Part shown: piece after piece, positions 38,907 through 47,494 of the stretch
Position numbering within the stretch: position 1 is the stretch's first letter
How the letters are laid out: every line of letters begins with the position of its first letter
Origin: an uncultured Planctomycetia bacterium
GTDB lineage: Bacteria; Omnitrophota; Gorgyraeia; VGKH01; JBHPFN01
Direction: 5' to 3'
NCBI GenBank assembly: GCA_964406665.1
Contig: CAYOSQ010000002.1
Span: 182,219-246,218 of the forward strand
Length of the DNA stretch: 64,000 bases
The notes under the pieces: model-generated
Seen by the model: the letters and a program-made list of their open reading frames with translations, nothing else
Told to the model about the DNA's origin: nothing
The model's database searches: none
Translations under genes and position numbers: made by a program

Positions 38907-39323
38907 CTAAAATCTTGAAGTATGATAGGCAAAATCACGAACTTTTCCATCATTATCAAATTTAATAATCACTGTTAGCGTTCGCTGGCTTTTTGAAGCC
39001 GCTCCTGCACTACCTGGAGTTAAAAACTTCAATCCTGCTCCACTATCTGAATATACTACATCCGTAGCTATCTTATCATAGATCCAAACCTCACGCCTTT
39101 CCTCATCAGTACTAACAACATTTGGCGAACCTAAAACTTCAGCTACTTGGGCAGATGTCATTCCTACTGAAACTTCTCGCTGAACGGTTCCAACGGTAAG
39201 TCTATCTCCAGTATCATCACGAATTTGGTCCCTATGATAAGAAGCTGGAGCGCAGCCAACAAAAATAAATATTACTATCAAAAATAAATACAATGCTTTC
39301 ATCGTTACTCCTTTTTTAATCAA
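38907..39323 (-). CDS. SmpA/OmlA (BamE-like) lipoprotein
   Basis: Lipobox FVGC; GMTSAQVAEVLGSP...W.Y...IKFD..GKV. Confidence 0.75.
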   Translation of the reverse strand: MIKKGVTMKALYLFLIVIFIFVGCAPASYHRDQIRDDTGDRLTVGTVQREVSVGMTSAQVAEVLGSPNVVSTDEERREVWIYDKIATDVVYSDSGAGLKFLTPGSAGAASKSQRTLTVIIKFDNDGKVRDFAYHTSRF

Positions 39324-39435
39324 TTACCCTCTTTCGAACTACTTACGCGCAAATAAGCTTCTGATTGCATTCTATATCTAATCTCTAAAGCTGTCAATGT
39401 GTTATGCTTTAAAAATCATTAGTAAAAATCATTAG

Positions 39436-40032
39436 GACCGGTTCTATATATCTTATGCAATATCAAGATGTTGAAAAAGAACTGTCCCCGAATCTATCTA
39501 GAGAAATATTATTTTGTATTATATCATTATTTATACTGTGATAAAGATAAAAATTGCTCCAAGGGTATTCTTCTGGGTTGTTTACCATCTTAGCTCTTAT
39601 TGGGTTATTATGAATATATTCTATACATTCTCTGATGTAATGGTCTTGTTCAATTACGTTACTTTTAAATCTTCCCTGGAAAAGATGGCCTATATAACTG
39701 TGTGACTTACGAAAAGAAAGGCCATAAGAAAGCATAATCGATTGCATGATTCTGGATATAGTATAGGGGTGGATGACTTCTATTACGATATGAAAATGAT
39801 TATCCATAAGGCAGAAGCCGTATAGCTTAAAAGAGAAACGTTCTTTGAATTTTGAGAGAACTTTTAGAAAAGTAATTTTATCTTCCTTTTCTTTTAAGAT
39901 CATTTGTCGATTGTTACCACGGGCGGTAACATGATAAACTGCGCTGCTGTAGTAGATTCTTCGCTGTCTAACCATAGTAGGGACACTTCTTTAGCAAGTT
40001 GTTAGCTCATATATAGTTATTGAGAACCGGTC
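39436..40032 (-). mobile_element. Y1/RAYT transposase element with symmetric bipartite inverted ends
   Basis: Outer IR gaccggttct (39436-39445) / agaaccggtc (40023-40032); inner IR aaagaactgtccc (39476-39488) / gggacacttcttt (39980-39992); 32-nt spacing between core motifs on both sides. Confidence 0.7.
39463..39975 (-). CDS. REP-associated tyrosine transposase (HUH Y1, IS200-like)
   Basis: YHVTARGNN, CLMDNHFH (HUH), GHLFQGRFKS, YIHNNPIRA, YPWS. Confidence 0.92.
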   Translation of the reverse strand: MVRQRRIYYSSAVYHVTARGNNRQMILKEKEDKITFLKVLSKFKERFSFKLYGFCLMDNHFHIVIEVIHPYTISRIMQSIMLSYGLSFRKSHSYIGHLFQGRFKSNVIEQDHYIRECIEYIHNNPIRAKMVNNPEEYPWSNFYLYHSINNDIIQNNISLDRFGDSSFSTS

Positions 40033-40081
40033 ATTATTTTTGTTATTATTTTTGTCTTTTTTTTGAAAAATGTTTACGGAA

Positions 40082-40471
40082 TTACAAATCAGGTCCCCAT
40101 CCACAGCCCTCTATTCCCCCTTTTTCGATATCAACATATACAGAGAACCACTCAAGACCTTGTTTTCTTTTTATGGTTCGATTAGCTTCAAATCTAATTT
40201 CACAAGTTCCATTTGGAATCGACCAGCCTTTCTCTATAACTTGAGGTTTTGCAATGATACAATCGTTGTTAATTCCTTTATCAATAAGATAGTTTTGTGC
40301 AATAATTATTGCTTCTTCTCTGCTTACACCATCAGAAATATTTATTACTTTCATTTTCTCTTTAATTATTGACTCAAAGCTAGGTCTATTTCCCATAGCT
40401 TCTCCTTTTTTTGCAACAAAAACTATCAAATTTATTGCTAACAATATCAGAACTAAAAATTTTATCTTTAT
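40082..40471 (-). CDS. Probable immunity protein of the RHS toxin tip (start uncertain)
   Basis: Directly downstream of RHS-CT; hydrophobic leader begins at an in-frame ATA (40471) 9 nt after AGGAG. Confidence 0.55.
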   Translation of the reverse strand: MKIKFLVLILLAINLIVFVAKKGEAMGNRPSFESIIKEKMKVINISDGVSREEAIIIAQNYLIDKGINNDCIIAKPQVIEKGWSIPNGTCEIRFEANRTIKRKQGLEWFSVYVDIEKGGIEGCGWGPDL

Positions 40472-40485
40472 TTGACTTAACTCCT

Positions 40486-41550
40486 TTATGGCATATCAGG
40501 AAACCCGGGTGTCCATCCATCAATAGGAACATCTCCGCCAGCTCCATATATTACACTATTCACAGCGAAATTGCTATTATGATCTGTGGCTATATAAGAA
40601 AACTTACCAACAAAGGTAGATTCATAAAATGCAATATTTTCTTGTAATGCACTCATATTTATATCCACATTAAATGACTCAACATAACGACCGCCTAAAG
40701 ATAAAGATTTTTCTGTACAATTATGGGTTCCCCATCCTGATAAATTGTCTACTTTGTTAGTTGTTGTTATTTGACGAGCCATAGGATCAGGTCCCATTTC
40801 AAACTTACCGTTTTTTAGCTGATCAGAAATAATCGCCCGATGTCTTGGCCCAGTTGTACTTCCTGGATCATTAGCTAAATTCTTGCCCAATGGTCTTTGG
40901 ACTATTCCAACAGTACTATCTTTCTGATTCGCATTTAGGGCATATCTTGCTCTCATTTCTGTGGCGTATTCATTAAATTGTGCATCTCTATTTGAAACCC
41001 AACCATCGCCTGCTTTCCAGTTTTGAAATTGTTCCGATTTAGCAACGCCTGAACTGAGAGCTCCACCGGTAATTCCTCCAGTAAATCCTCCAGCAAAGCT
41101 ATCCCAGCTATCGGTTGTGCCTGCGGCTCCTGCGCCAACAACAAACATCCCTGCCAGAACACCGTAATGTTCACCGCCAATAGCCCATCCTCCAAGCCCA
41201 CCCAGGGCTCCTCCTGCGGCTGCACCTATCAGCATTCCTTTCCAGCCACCCTCAAGGCCTCCTGTAATGGCGCCACCCAATGACCCTCCAATAATACCTG
41301 CCATTGTTGTACCAACTAGAGCAAAACCAGCAGGACCAAGAAGAACTGCTGCAGCAGCACCCACAAATGCTCCTGCAAAGCTATTCCAAAACTTCTTCCA
41401 TGACCAATGACCAGAAGGATCTATTCTATTTACAGGATTGTTTAAACAGTAAGAATATCTATTTAAACTCTGAGGATTATGCGGACCGGGTACTATCGTA
41501 TCAGCTGTTATAAATCTGCCAATGAGCGGATTATAATATCTAGCTCCATT
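40486..41550 (-). pseudogene. Orphan RHS core end plus C-terminal toxin domain
   Basis: GARYYNPLIGRFITAD...LNRYSYCLNNPVNRIDPSGH, Gly-zipper region, variable tip; no upstream YD repeats and no credible start. Confidence 0.8.
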
Positions 41551-41636
41551 CAGCTCAAAAAAAGTTTTAAAGTCGGTAAATAAGATTATTCTTAAATAAA
41601 CAAAAGTAGGATGCTTGTTAAAAAAAATCAAATACT

Positions 41637-43304
41637 ATGATGTCTGATTTCATATCGCGCCTAAATCTTTTTGCAGTATCTTCAATTCTCATTTTTTTCT
41701 CTAACCTAACTATATCTATACTTGCATTTCTGAAAGGACAGGACAAGCGATTAAGCATTGTCTTTGGTCTACTTTGTCTTTGCGTTACTACTTGGGGAAT
41801 CGGAGGATATATTTCCTCTACAACAACATCCAAAGAGATTGCTTATCTAGGATGGCAAATTGCGAACATATGTTCAGTATTCGTATCACCAATATATTTT
41901 CATCTTGTCTGCATATACACTAAAACAGCTAGAAAACATCTGCTTTTGTTGATGTATTTTTGTGGATTCGTATTTATCTCTTTTAATTTCTTTGCTAAAG
42001 AAATGTTTTTAGGGGACTTGCAGTTACTTTTTAATCAATTTTATTATATTAGCTGGTCTGTAGACAAGAATTTGATTTACTTAATTTTTTATATTTGCTT
42101 CTATTGGATTTTTTTATTATATTCTTTTTATATATTGGTGAGAAATTTTTTAAATTCAAGTAAAAAAAAGCGCAATGAGATAAAATATTTTTTAATAGGA
42201 ACAAGCATTGGATGGCTAGGAGCTCATGGTGATTTTTTAAGCGTGTTTAAACCAACTTTTTATCCGTACTTAAATTTTTTAATAGCTATTTATCCTATTA
42301 TTTTGACTTACGCAATCTTTAAACACCAGCTCATGGATATAAAAATCGTTCTTCGTAAGGGACTTGTATATTCTATTTTAATTGCTTTTATAACTATAAT
42401 CTATTTGCTAGTTGTGCTTTTGTTTGAAAAGCTACTTCAGGGAATTGTAGGCTATCAATCAATATTTACTAGCATACTGACTGCTCTAATAATTGCACTT
42501 ATTTTTATTCCCCTAAAGAACAAAATACAAAACTTCGTTGATATGGTATTTTTCCAGGGAACCTTTACTCAAATCGCCAAGGAAAAAGAACTAATAAGCG
42601 AGGAGCTTAATCGCTCTGAACGGCTAAAATCAGTAGCTACTTTTGCATCTGGCATGGCCCATGAAATTAAAAATCCCTTAACTGCGATAAAGACATTCAC
42701 TGAGTACTTACCAGAGAAAAAGAACGACCCTGAATTTCTAGACAAATTTTCTAAGATTGTTTCAGGAGAAGTAGGCAGAATTGATTCTTTGGTTCATCAA
42801 CTATTAGACTTTGCTAAACCCTCTCTCCCCAAGCTCATTCCTGTTAACATCCATACTCTTCTTGAAGAAACCCTGAGCTTCCTTAATAATCAACTAATTA
42901 AACATAAAATTAAAGTAAAAAAAGAGCTAAGAGCAACGCAATTTACTATACAAGCTGATTTAAATCAGCTAAAGCAAGCATTCTTAAATATATTTCTGAA
43001 TGCGATTGACGCAATGCCTAATGGTGGCTCTTTTGATATCAAGACTACAGCTATTAATTCACAAACAGCAGACAAACAATTCATTCAAATTATAATAAGC
43101 GATACTGGATGTGGTATCAGAAAAAAGGATTTACCGCATATTTTTGAACCGTTTTATACAGCTAAAGATGGCGGGGCAGGCTTAGGACTTTCGATTACAC
43201 ACGAAATTATAAAAAATCACGACGGGAAAATACTTGTTGAGAGTAACACTAACAAAGGAACAACCTTTATAATTGAATTACCTTTAAAAAGTAATAACTA
43301 CTAA
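41637..43304 (+). CDS. Sensor histidine kinase with N-terminal 7TM (HisKA_7TM-like) region
   Basis: Multi-TM N-terminus; AHEIKNPL H-box; NAIDAM, DTGCGI, FEPFYT, GAGLGL. Confidence 0.92.
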   Translation: MMSDFISRLNLFAVSSILIFFSNLTISILAFLKGQDKRLSIVFGLLCLCVTTWGIGGYISSTTTSKEIAYLGWQIANICSVFVSPIYFHLVCIYTKTARKHLLLLMYFCGFVFISFNFFAKEMFLGDLQLLFNQFYYISWSVDKNLIYLIFYICFYWIFLLYSFYILVRNFLNSSKKKRNEIKYFLIGTSIGWLGAHGDFLSVFKPTFYPYLNFLIAIYPIILTYAIFKHQLMDIKIVLRKGLVYSILIAFITIIYLLVVLLFEKLLQGIVGYQSIFTSILTALIIALIFIPLKNKIQNFVDMVFFQGTFTQIAKEKELISEELNRSERLKSVATFASGMAHEIKNPLTAIKTFTEYLPEKKNDPEFLDKFSKIVSGEVGRIDSLVHQLLDFAKPSLPKLIPVNIHTLLEETLSFLNNQLIKHKIKVKKELRATQFTIQADLNQLKQAFLNIFLNAIDAMPNGGSFDIKTTAINSQTADKQFIQIIISDTGCGIRKKDLPHIFEPFYTAKDGGAGLGLSITHEIIKNHDGKILVESNTNKGTTFIIELPLKSNNY

Positions 43305-43328
43305 ACCCTATAACCTGATTCCTAAATC
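43301..43328. repeat. Orphan 7-nt repeat array
   Basis: ctaaacc ctataac ctgattc ctaaatc. Confidence 0.6.
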
Positions 43329-44503
43329 TTTCCCTCTTCACTCAATTCAATAAAAGCCTTTGCGGCTAAAGGATTAAATTGAGCACCAATCCCCTTCTTT
43401 ACTTCTGAGATCGCGATATCTAAAGGAAGGGCTTTTCTATAAGGTCTATCTGAAGTCATGGCATCAAAAACATCAGCAACAGCTATAATTGCTGCAGTAA
43501 GAGGTATCTCATCACCCTTAAGTCCTTCTGGGTAACCCTTGCCATCATATCTCTCATGATGATACTTAACCCCCTTAATGCAATCATCGAGTTCTTTTAT
43601 AGGTTGGAGAATTTTAGTACCCTGAATCGTATGCTCTTTTATCTTGTCAAATTCTTCATCAGTAAGTTTACCGGGTTTATTCAAAATTGCTTCCGGAACA
43701 GCAATTTTTCCAATGTCATGGAGTAAGCTTGCAATATGTAGATTTTCTAAAAACTTATCCGGCACATGGACAACTTTATTTTTTATCAATTTATTAGCAA
43801 TCAGAAGAGAATATTTTGTAACCCGCTCAGTATGGCCTCTGGTGTAATGATCTTTGGCTTCAATTGCTTCTGCAAGTGCAATCGTAGTATTTATAAATAG
43901 TTCGTGGTTAATCCTAAGCTCGGTGGCTAGATCATCAAAAAGCTGGGCATTGCGTATTGCCATAGCAACATCATAAGCTAAAGCCACAAAAAAATCCAAC
44001 TCGCCTTTAAAAAATTTCTTTCTGGAAGTTTTCTTTCCTAATACTAAAACTCCGAGTAACTCTTTTCTGTAATAACTCGGGATACAAACGCTAGCTTCAA
44101 ATAAATCCATCTGCTTCTTTACTCCGAGGATAAGCTCCTCTAAGCCTTTTTCTTTCTTTACAAGCTGATCTTTCCAAAGGATGTTGTTTATATTGTCATA
44201 CACTAAAGCTCCGCCATCTTTGCTTAAAAGATATTGCTTTTGCAGCTTAAAGAACTTAATAAGAGAACTATCACTTTTTACTCTCGCATAACCTGCAGGG
44301 ATTTTTACTCCCTTTTCTCCGCGGGAAACAGTTAAGACATATGATTCTCTTTTTTTATCATGCAAAAGTATACCAGCGTATGATACACCTATCTTCCTGT
44401 TCATCATACGCACAATCATCTTAATAAGAGATTCTGGCTTATGCACAAGAATCATAGTTTTTGCTGCTGTTTCTAATTCTTTTTTGTAATCTAAATGCGT
44501 CAT
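43322..44503 (-). CDS. GAF + HD-GYP cyclic-dinucleotide phosphodiesterase
   Basis: AKDHYTRGH, LLHDIGK, HHERYDGKGYP, DAMTSDRPYR. Confidence 0.92.
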   Translation of the reverse strand: MTHLDYKKELETAAKTMILVHKPESLIKMIVRMMNRKIGVSYAGILLHDKKRESYVLTVSRGEKGVKIPAGYARVKSDSSLIKFFKLQKQYLLSKDGGALVYDNINNILWKDQLVKKEKGLEELILGVKKQMDLFEASVCIPSYYRKELLGVLVLGKKTSRKKFFKGELDFFVALAYDVAMAIRNAQLFDDLATELRINHELFINTTIALAEAIEAKDHYTRGHTERVTKYSLLIANKLIKNKVVHVPDKFLENLHIASLLHDIGKIAVPEAILNKPGKLTDEEFDKIKEHTIQGTKILQPIKELDDCIKGVKYHHERYDGKGYPEGLKGDEIPLTAAIIAVADVFDAMTSDRPYRKALPLDIAISEVKKGIGAQFNPLAAKAFIELSEEGKI

Positions 44504-44508
44504 ATTAA

Positions 44509-44865
44509 CTATGATAATTCCTTTAGCACGACTTCTTCAAGTTCGTCAAGAACCAAAGGCTTATGAATATAATTAACTGCACCTAACTGTTTAGCCCTTT
44601 CCATTGACTCTTTATCTTCCACACCTGTAACCATAATGACTTTTATCGTGTTATCAATCTTCATAATCTCTTCAAGGACGTCCAGTCCATTCATATCCTC
44701 CATTCTTACATCAAGTAGCATAAGATCAGGCCTTTGCTCCTTAATTGAATTTAATGCCTCAATGCCGCCAGATGCTGTTGCAGTATCCACTTTTCTTTTT
44801 TTGAAAAAATTACTGGCGAATTCCCGAACATCTGGCTCATCATCTACTATTAATAGTCTAGACAT
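44509..44865 (-). CDS. Single-domain response regulator
   Basis: IVDDE, LLDVRM, MVTG, HKP. Confidence 0.93.
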   Translation of the reverse strand: MSRLLIVDDEPDVREFASNFFKKRKVDTATASGGIEALNSIKEQRPDLMLLDVRMEDMNGLDVLEEIMKIDNTIKVIMVTGVEDKESMERAKQLGAVNYIHKPLVLDELEEVVLKELS

Positions 44866-44879
44866 TTTAATCCCCTTTC

Positions 44880-44914
44880 TAGGTTATAGCGTTTAGGGTT
44901 TAGCGCTTAGTCTC
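44880..44914. repeat. 7-nt repeat array, 3' flank of four-helix-bundle gene
   Basis: taggtta tagcgtt tagggtt tagcgct tagtctc. Confidence 0.75.
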
Positions 44915-45268
44915 AAGTTTAGAAATAAGAACGTTTAACATTTTTAAAATCTCAAGAAGAAAATTATCAGACTTAGAATACTCTAAATTTTTGGTATCTT
45001 CAAGTTTTTTTGAAATACAAATTTGCGTCTCCAGCTCGGAAGCTGAACTGTAGGCAATAGTCAAGAAATGAATATATTCTTTTACGTGTTTCCTGCAATA
45101 TCCCTCGGCAATATTAGAAGGAATAGCAACAGCAGCTCTGCGCATTTGAGAAGTTAATCCGTATATTTCACTTTGAGGGAAAGATTTTGTTAATTTATAG
45201 ATTTCTAAAACCAAATCCATAGCCTTTTGCCACACAATTAAGTCTTTATATGATTTTAACTTAGCCAT
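44900..45268 (-). CDS. Four-helix-bundle protein (23S rRNA IVP / bAvd-like family)
   Basis: YKDLIVWQKA, FPQSEIYGLTSQMRRAAVAIPSNIAEG, SASELETQ. Confidence 0.93.
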   Translation of the reverse strand: MAKLKSYKDLIVWQKAMDLVLEIYKLTKSFPQSEIYGLTSQMRRAAVAIPSNIAEGYCRKHVKEYIHFLTIAYSSASELETQICISKKLEDTKNLEYSKSDNFLLEILKMLNVLISKLETKR

Positions 45269-45276
45269 TAAATTTT

Positions 45277-45308
45277 CCTACACCCTAAAACCTATCCCCT
45301 GCACCCTA
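45277..45308. repeat. 7-nt repeat array, 5' flank of four-helix-bundle gene
   Basis: cctacac cctaaaa cctatcc cctgcac ccta. Confidence 0.75.
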
Positions 45309-47492
45309 TTTCTGCGCGGGTAATTTCATAGTAAACATTGTTCCACTGCCATACTCAGAAGTAACACCTATTCTTCCCTTATGGTTATTTACTATAATTT
45401 TTTGTATTACGTACAACCCTAAACCAGTACCTTTTTTACTCGATGCTTTTGTGGTAAAAAATGGTGTAAATAATCTTACCTGCTCTGCATCTTTTACGCC
45501 CATTCCATTATCAATGAACCTAATCTCGATAGAGGAGTCTGTTGCTTCAGCCTGGATTGTAACATTACCCCTGTAACCTTCTTCCTTTAACTCACTTCTT
45601 CTCTGCATAATAGCATCGTAGGCATTATCTATCAAGTTAAAGAAAACTTCCTGAAGCTGAACAAAGTTTCCTTTTATTTTAGGGATATCTTGGGAATAAT
45701 CCCTAATTAAATCTATCTGGCTAAGTTTAACTTTATATTGTGCCATTTCAAGTGATGCATCAACAAGCTCATTTAGATCTATTGCCTTAAAGCCGGATTC
45801 TCCAGCTCGAGAATATTTAAGCAAACCATGAACAACCTCTCCGCCCTGCTTTACATTTTCTTTAACTCTCTCAAGTGCATGGCTAATCTGAGTGATGGCT
45901 TCGCGCATCTCTTCAGGAGATGAATTATCGTTTAACAGTTTTATCGTGTCCAGTGTATCTGCAGCAATCATTCCAAGTGCATGAAAACGGTTATTTATCT
46001 GATGTGACAGGCCATCTGCCATAGTACCGATCGTGGTCATCTTTTCTGCCTGGAAAAGCTGAGTTTGTGTTTCCTTAATATCTTCATAAAACTGTGCATT
46101 TTCAATCGCTAGAGCAGCTTGATTAGTTAAAACAGAAAATACTGACAAATCATCCGGTGAATAAATATGGCCAGAAATCTTCTCTCCTAAAGTCAGAAAA
46201 CCAATAAGCTCATCTTCAACCAAGCTAGGAACAACAACAGCAGCCCCTAAAGATTCCATTTGCTTTTGAATAGCAAGAAGCCTGGAATCATTAAAATCAG
46301 ATGCCTCTTGTTTTATCTCTTCATAAACTAGCGGCACTCTTTTCTTCCTCAAGGCCTTTATCAAAGCAGTGTTTTCTTCAACCGAAACAGGCGGAGGAGA
46401 TTTCTTCTTATCTCTGTGGGCCTGAAGTGTAAAAATATGATTATTGGGCTCAAGTAGATATATTGAACTATGTTTAATGCGTACTGTACGGGTTACAATA
46501 TGAACAATCAGATTAAGAAGCTTTTTTAGGTCTCGGATTCTCGTCATTCCGCTAGAAGCCTGCCTAAGAGTTTTTTGATACCTTCTCTGCTCTCTTAACA
46601 ATGCGTCTTCTGCTCTTCTTTGAATGTAAAGGTATATAAATGGACCTGATGTCGCAAGAAAAGTTGATAATGCTAAAGGTCCTATCCACCAATTATCACC
46701 CAACAATAGTGTTAAGTATGGACGAAGTCTATAGGCGACAACAAAAGGTGTTCCTAGAATCAAGGAATAAACACTAATGAATATACCTGTGCGAGTAATG
46801 GCAACAGTTACATCCATCAGGCGATAGCGAAAGATGGCATAACCAATAATCAGAGGGTAAATAGCTATTAAGAAATTACTCAGGGGGTAAACATTAATTC
46901 CAAAAACTAATAAAAACATACCATGAGGGCCAACCCATCCTATCAAAGATGCTAAAATAATATATTTCGCCCTATTGCGAGCAAGTCCACTGCTTTTTTT
47001 ATAAAATTTCACCAACAAAAAGAAGGCGTATGAAATGAGAAAATGGTAAAAAACTATATAGTATGATAAATAAAGTAAGCTTTTTTTCTTGCTCCATGCC
47101 ATCCAATAGAATTGGTTAAATACTAACTCGAGCTCACCAATAAAGAATTCCTTATACAAAAAGGCAAACCCTATATAGATAAATCCAAGCATATAGGAGA
47201 AAAAAATGAGAGGTTTTTTAGTAACCTTAGTGAACTTGCAGACAAAATGTAAGAATAATGGTGGAGTAAGAATCATTCCAATATGAGCAATCTGCCATCC
47301 TCTGTAAGCTACTTCTTTTGACGTAGTTACTCCTAAAATTAAACTTCCTATTCCAAAAATCGCCGCTCCTAAACATACTAGAGCATAGCTAATAGAAACA
47401 ACTCTTTCTTGACCTTTTAAATAAATAACAACCCCTACAAATAGGGTAAAAACAACAACTAATATACATGACAAACTAAAAACACTTATCAT
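45306..47492 (-). CDS. Sensor histidine kinase, 7TM + GAF + kinase
   Basis: Multi-TM N-terminus, GAF ending QAALAIENA, atypical H-box LSHQINNRF, DNGMG, GTGLGL. Confidence 0.9.
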   Translation of the reverse strand: MISVFSLSCILVVVFTLFVGVVIYLKGQERVVSISYALVCLGAAIFGIGSLILGVTTSKEVAYRGWQIAHIGMILTPPLFLHFVCKFTKVTKKPLIFFSYMLGFIYIGFAFLYKEFFIGELELVFNQFYWMAWSKKKSLLYLSYYIVFYHFLISYAFFLLVKFYKKSSGLARNRAKYIILASLIGWVGPHGMFLLVFGINVYPLSNFLIAIYPLIIGYAIFRYRLMDVTVAITRTGIFISVYSLILGTPFVVAYRLRPYLTLLLGDNWWIGPLALSTFLATSGPFIYLYIQRRAEDALLREQRRYQKTLRQASSGMTRIRDLKKLLNLIVHIVTRTVRIKHSSIYLLEPNNHIFTLQAHRDKKKSPPPVSVEENTALIKALRKKRVPLVYEEIKQEASDFNDSRLLAIQKQMESLGAAVVVPSLVEDELIGFLTLGEKISGHIYSPDDLSVFSVLTNQAALAIENAQFYEDIKETQTQLFQAEKMTTIGTMADGLSHQINNRFHALGMIAADTLDTIKLLNDNSSPEEMREAITQISHALERVKENVKQGGEVVHGLLKYSRAGESGFKAIDLNELVDASLEMAQYKVKLSQIDLIRDYSQDIPKIKGNFVQLQEVFFNLIDNAYDAIMQRRSELKEEGYRGNVTIQAEATDSSIEIRFIDNGMGVKDAEQVRLFTPFFTTKASSKKGTGLGLYVIQKIIVNNHKGRIGVTSEYGSGTMFTMKLPAQK

Positions 47493-47494
47493 TT

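Noticed and set aside
41551-41631. N-terminal 27 aa of the 381-aa RHS ORF as a real start
   Set aside because: It is non-RHS sequence in the upstream region of the divergent kinase with no RBS; likely read-through beyond the truncation point.
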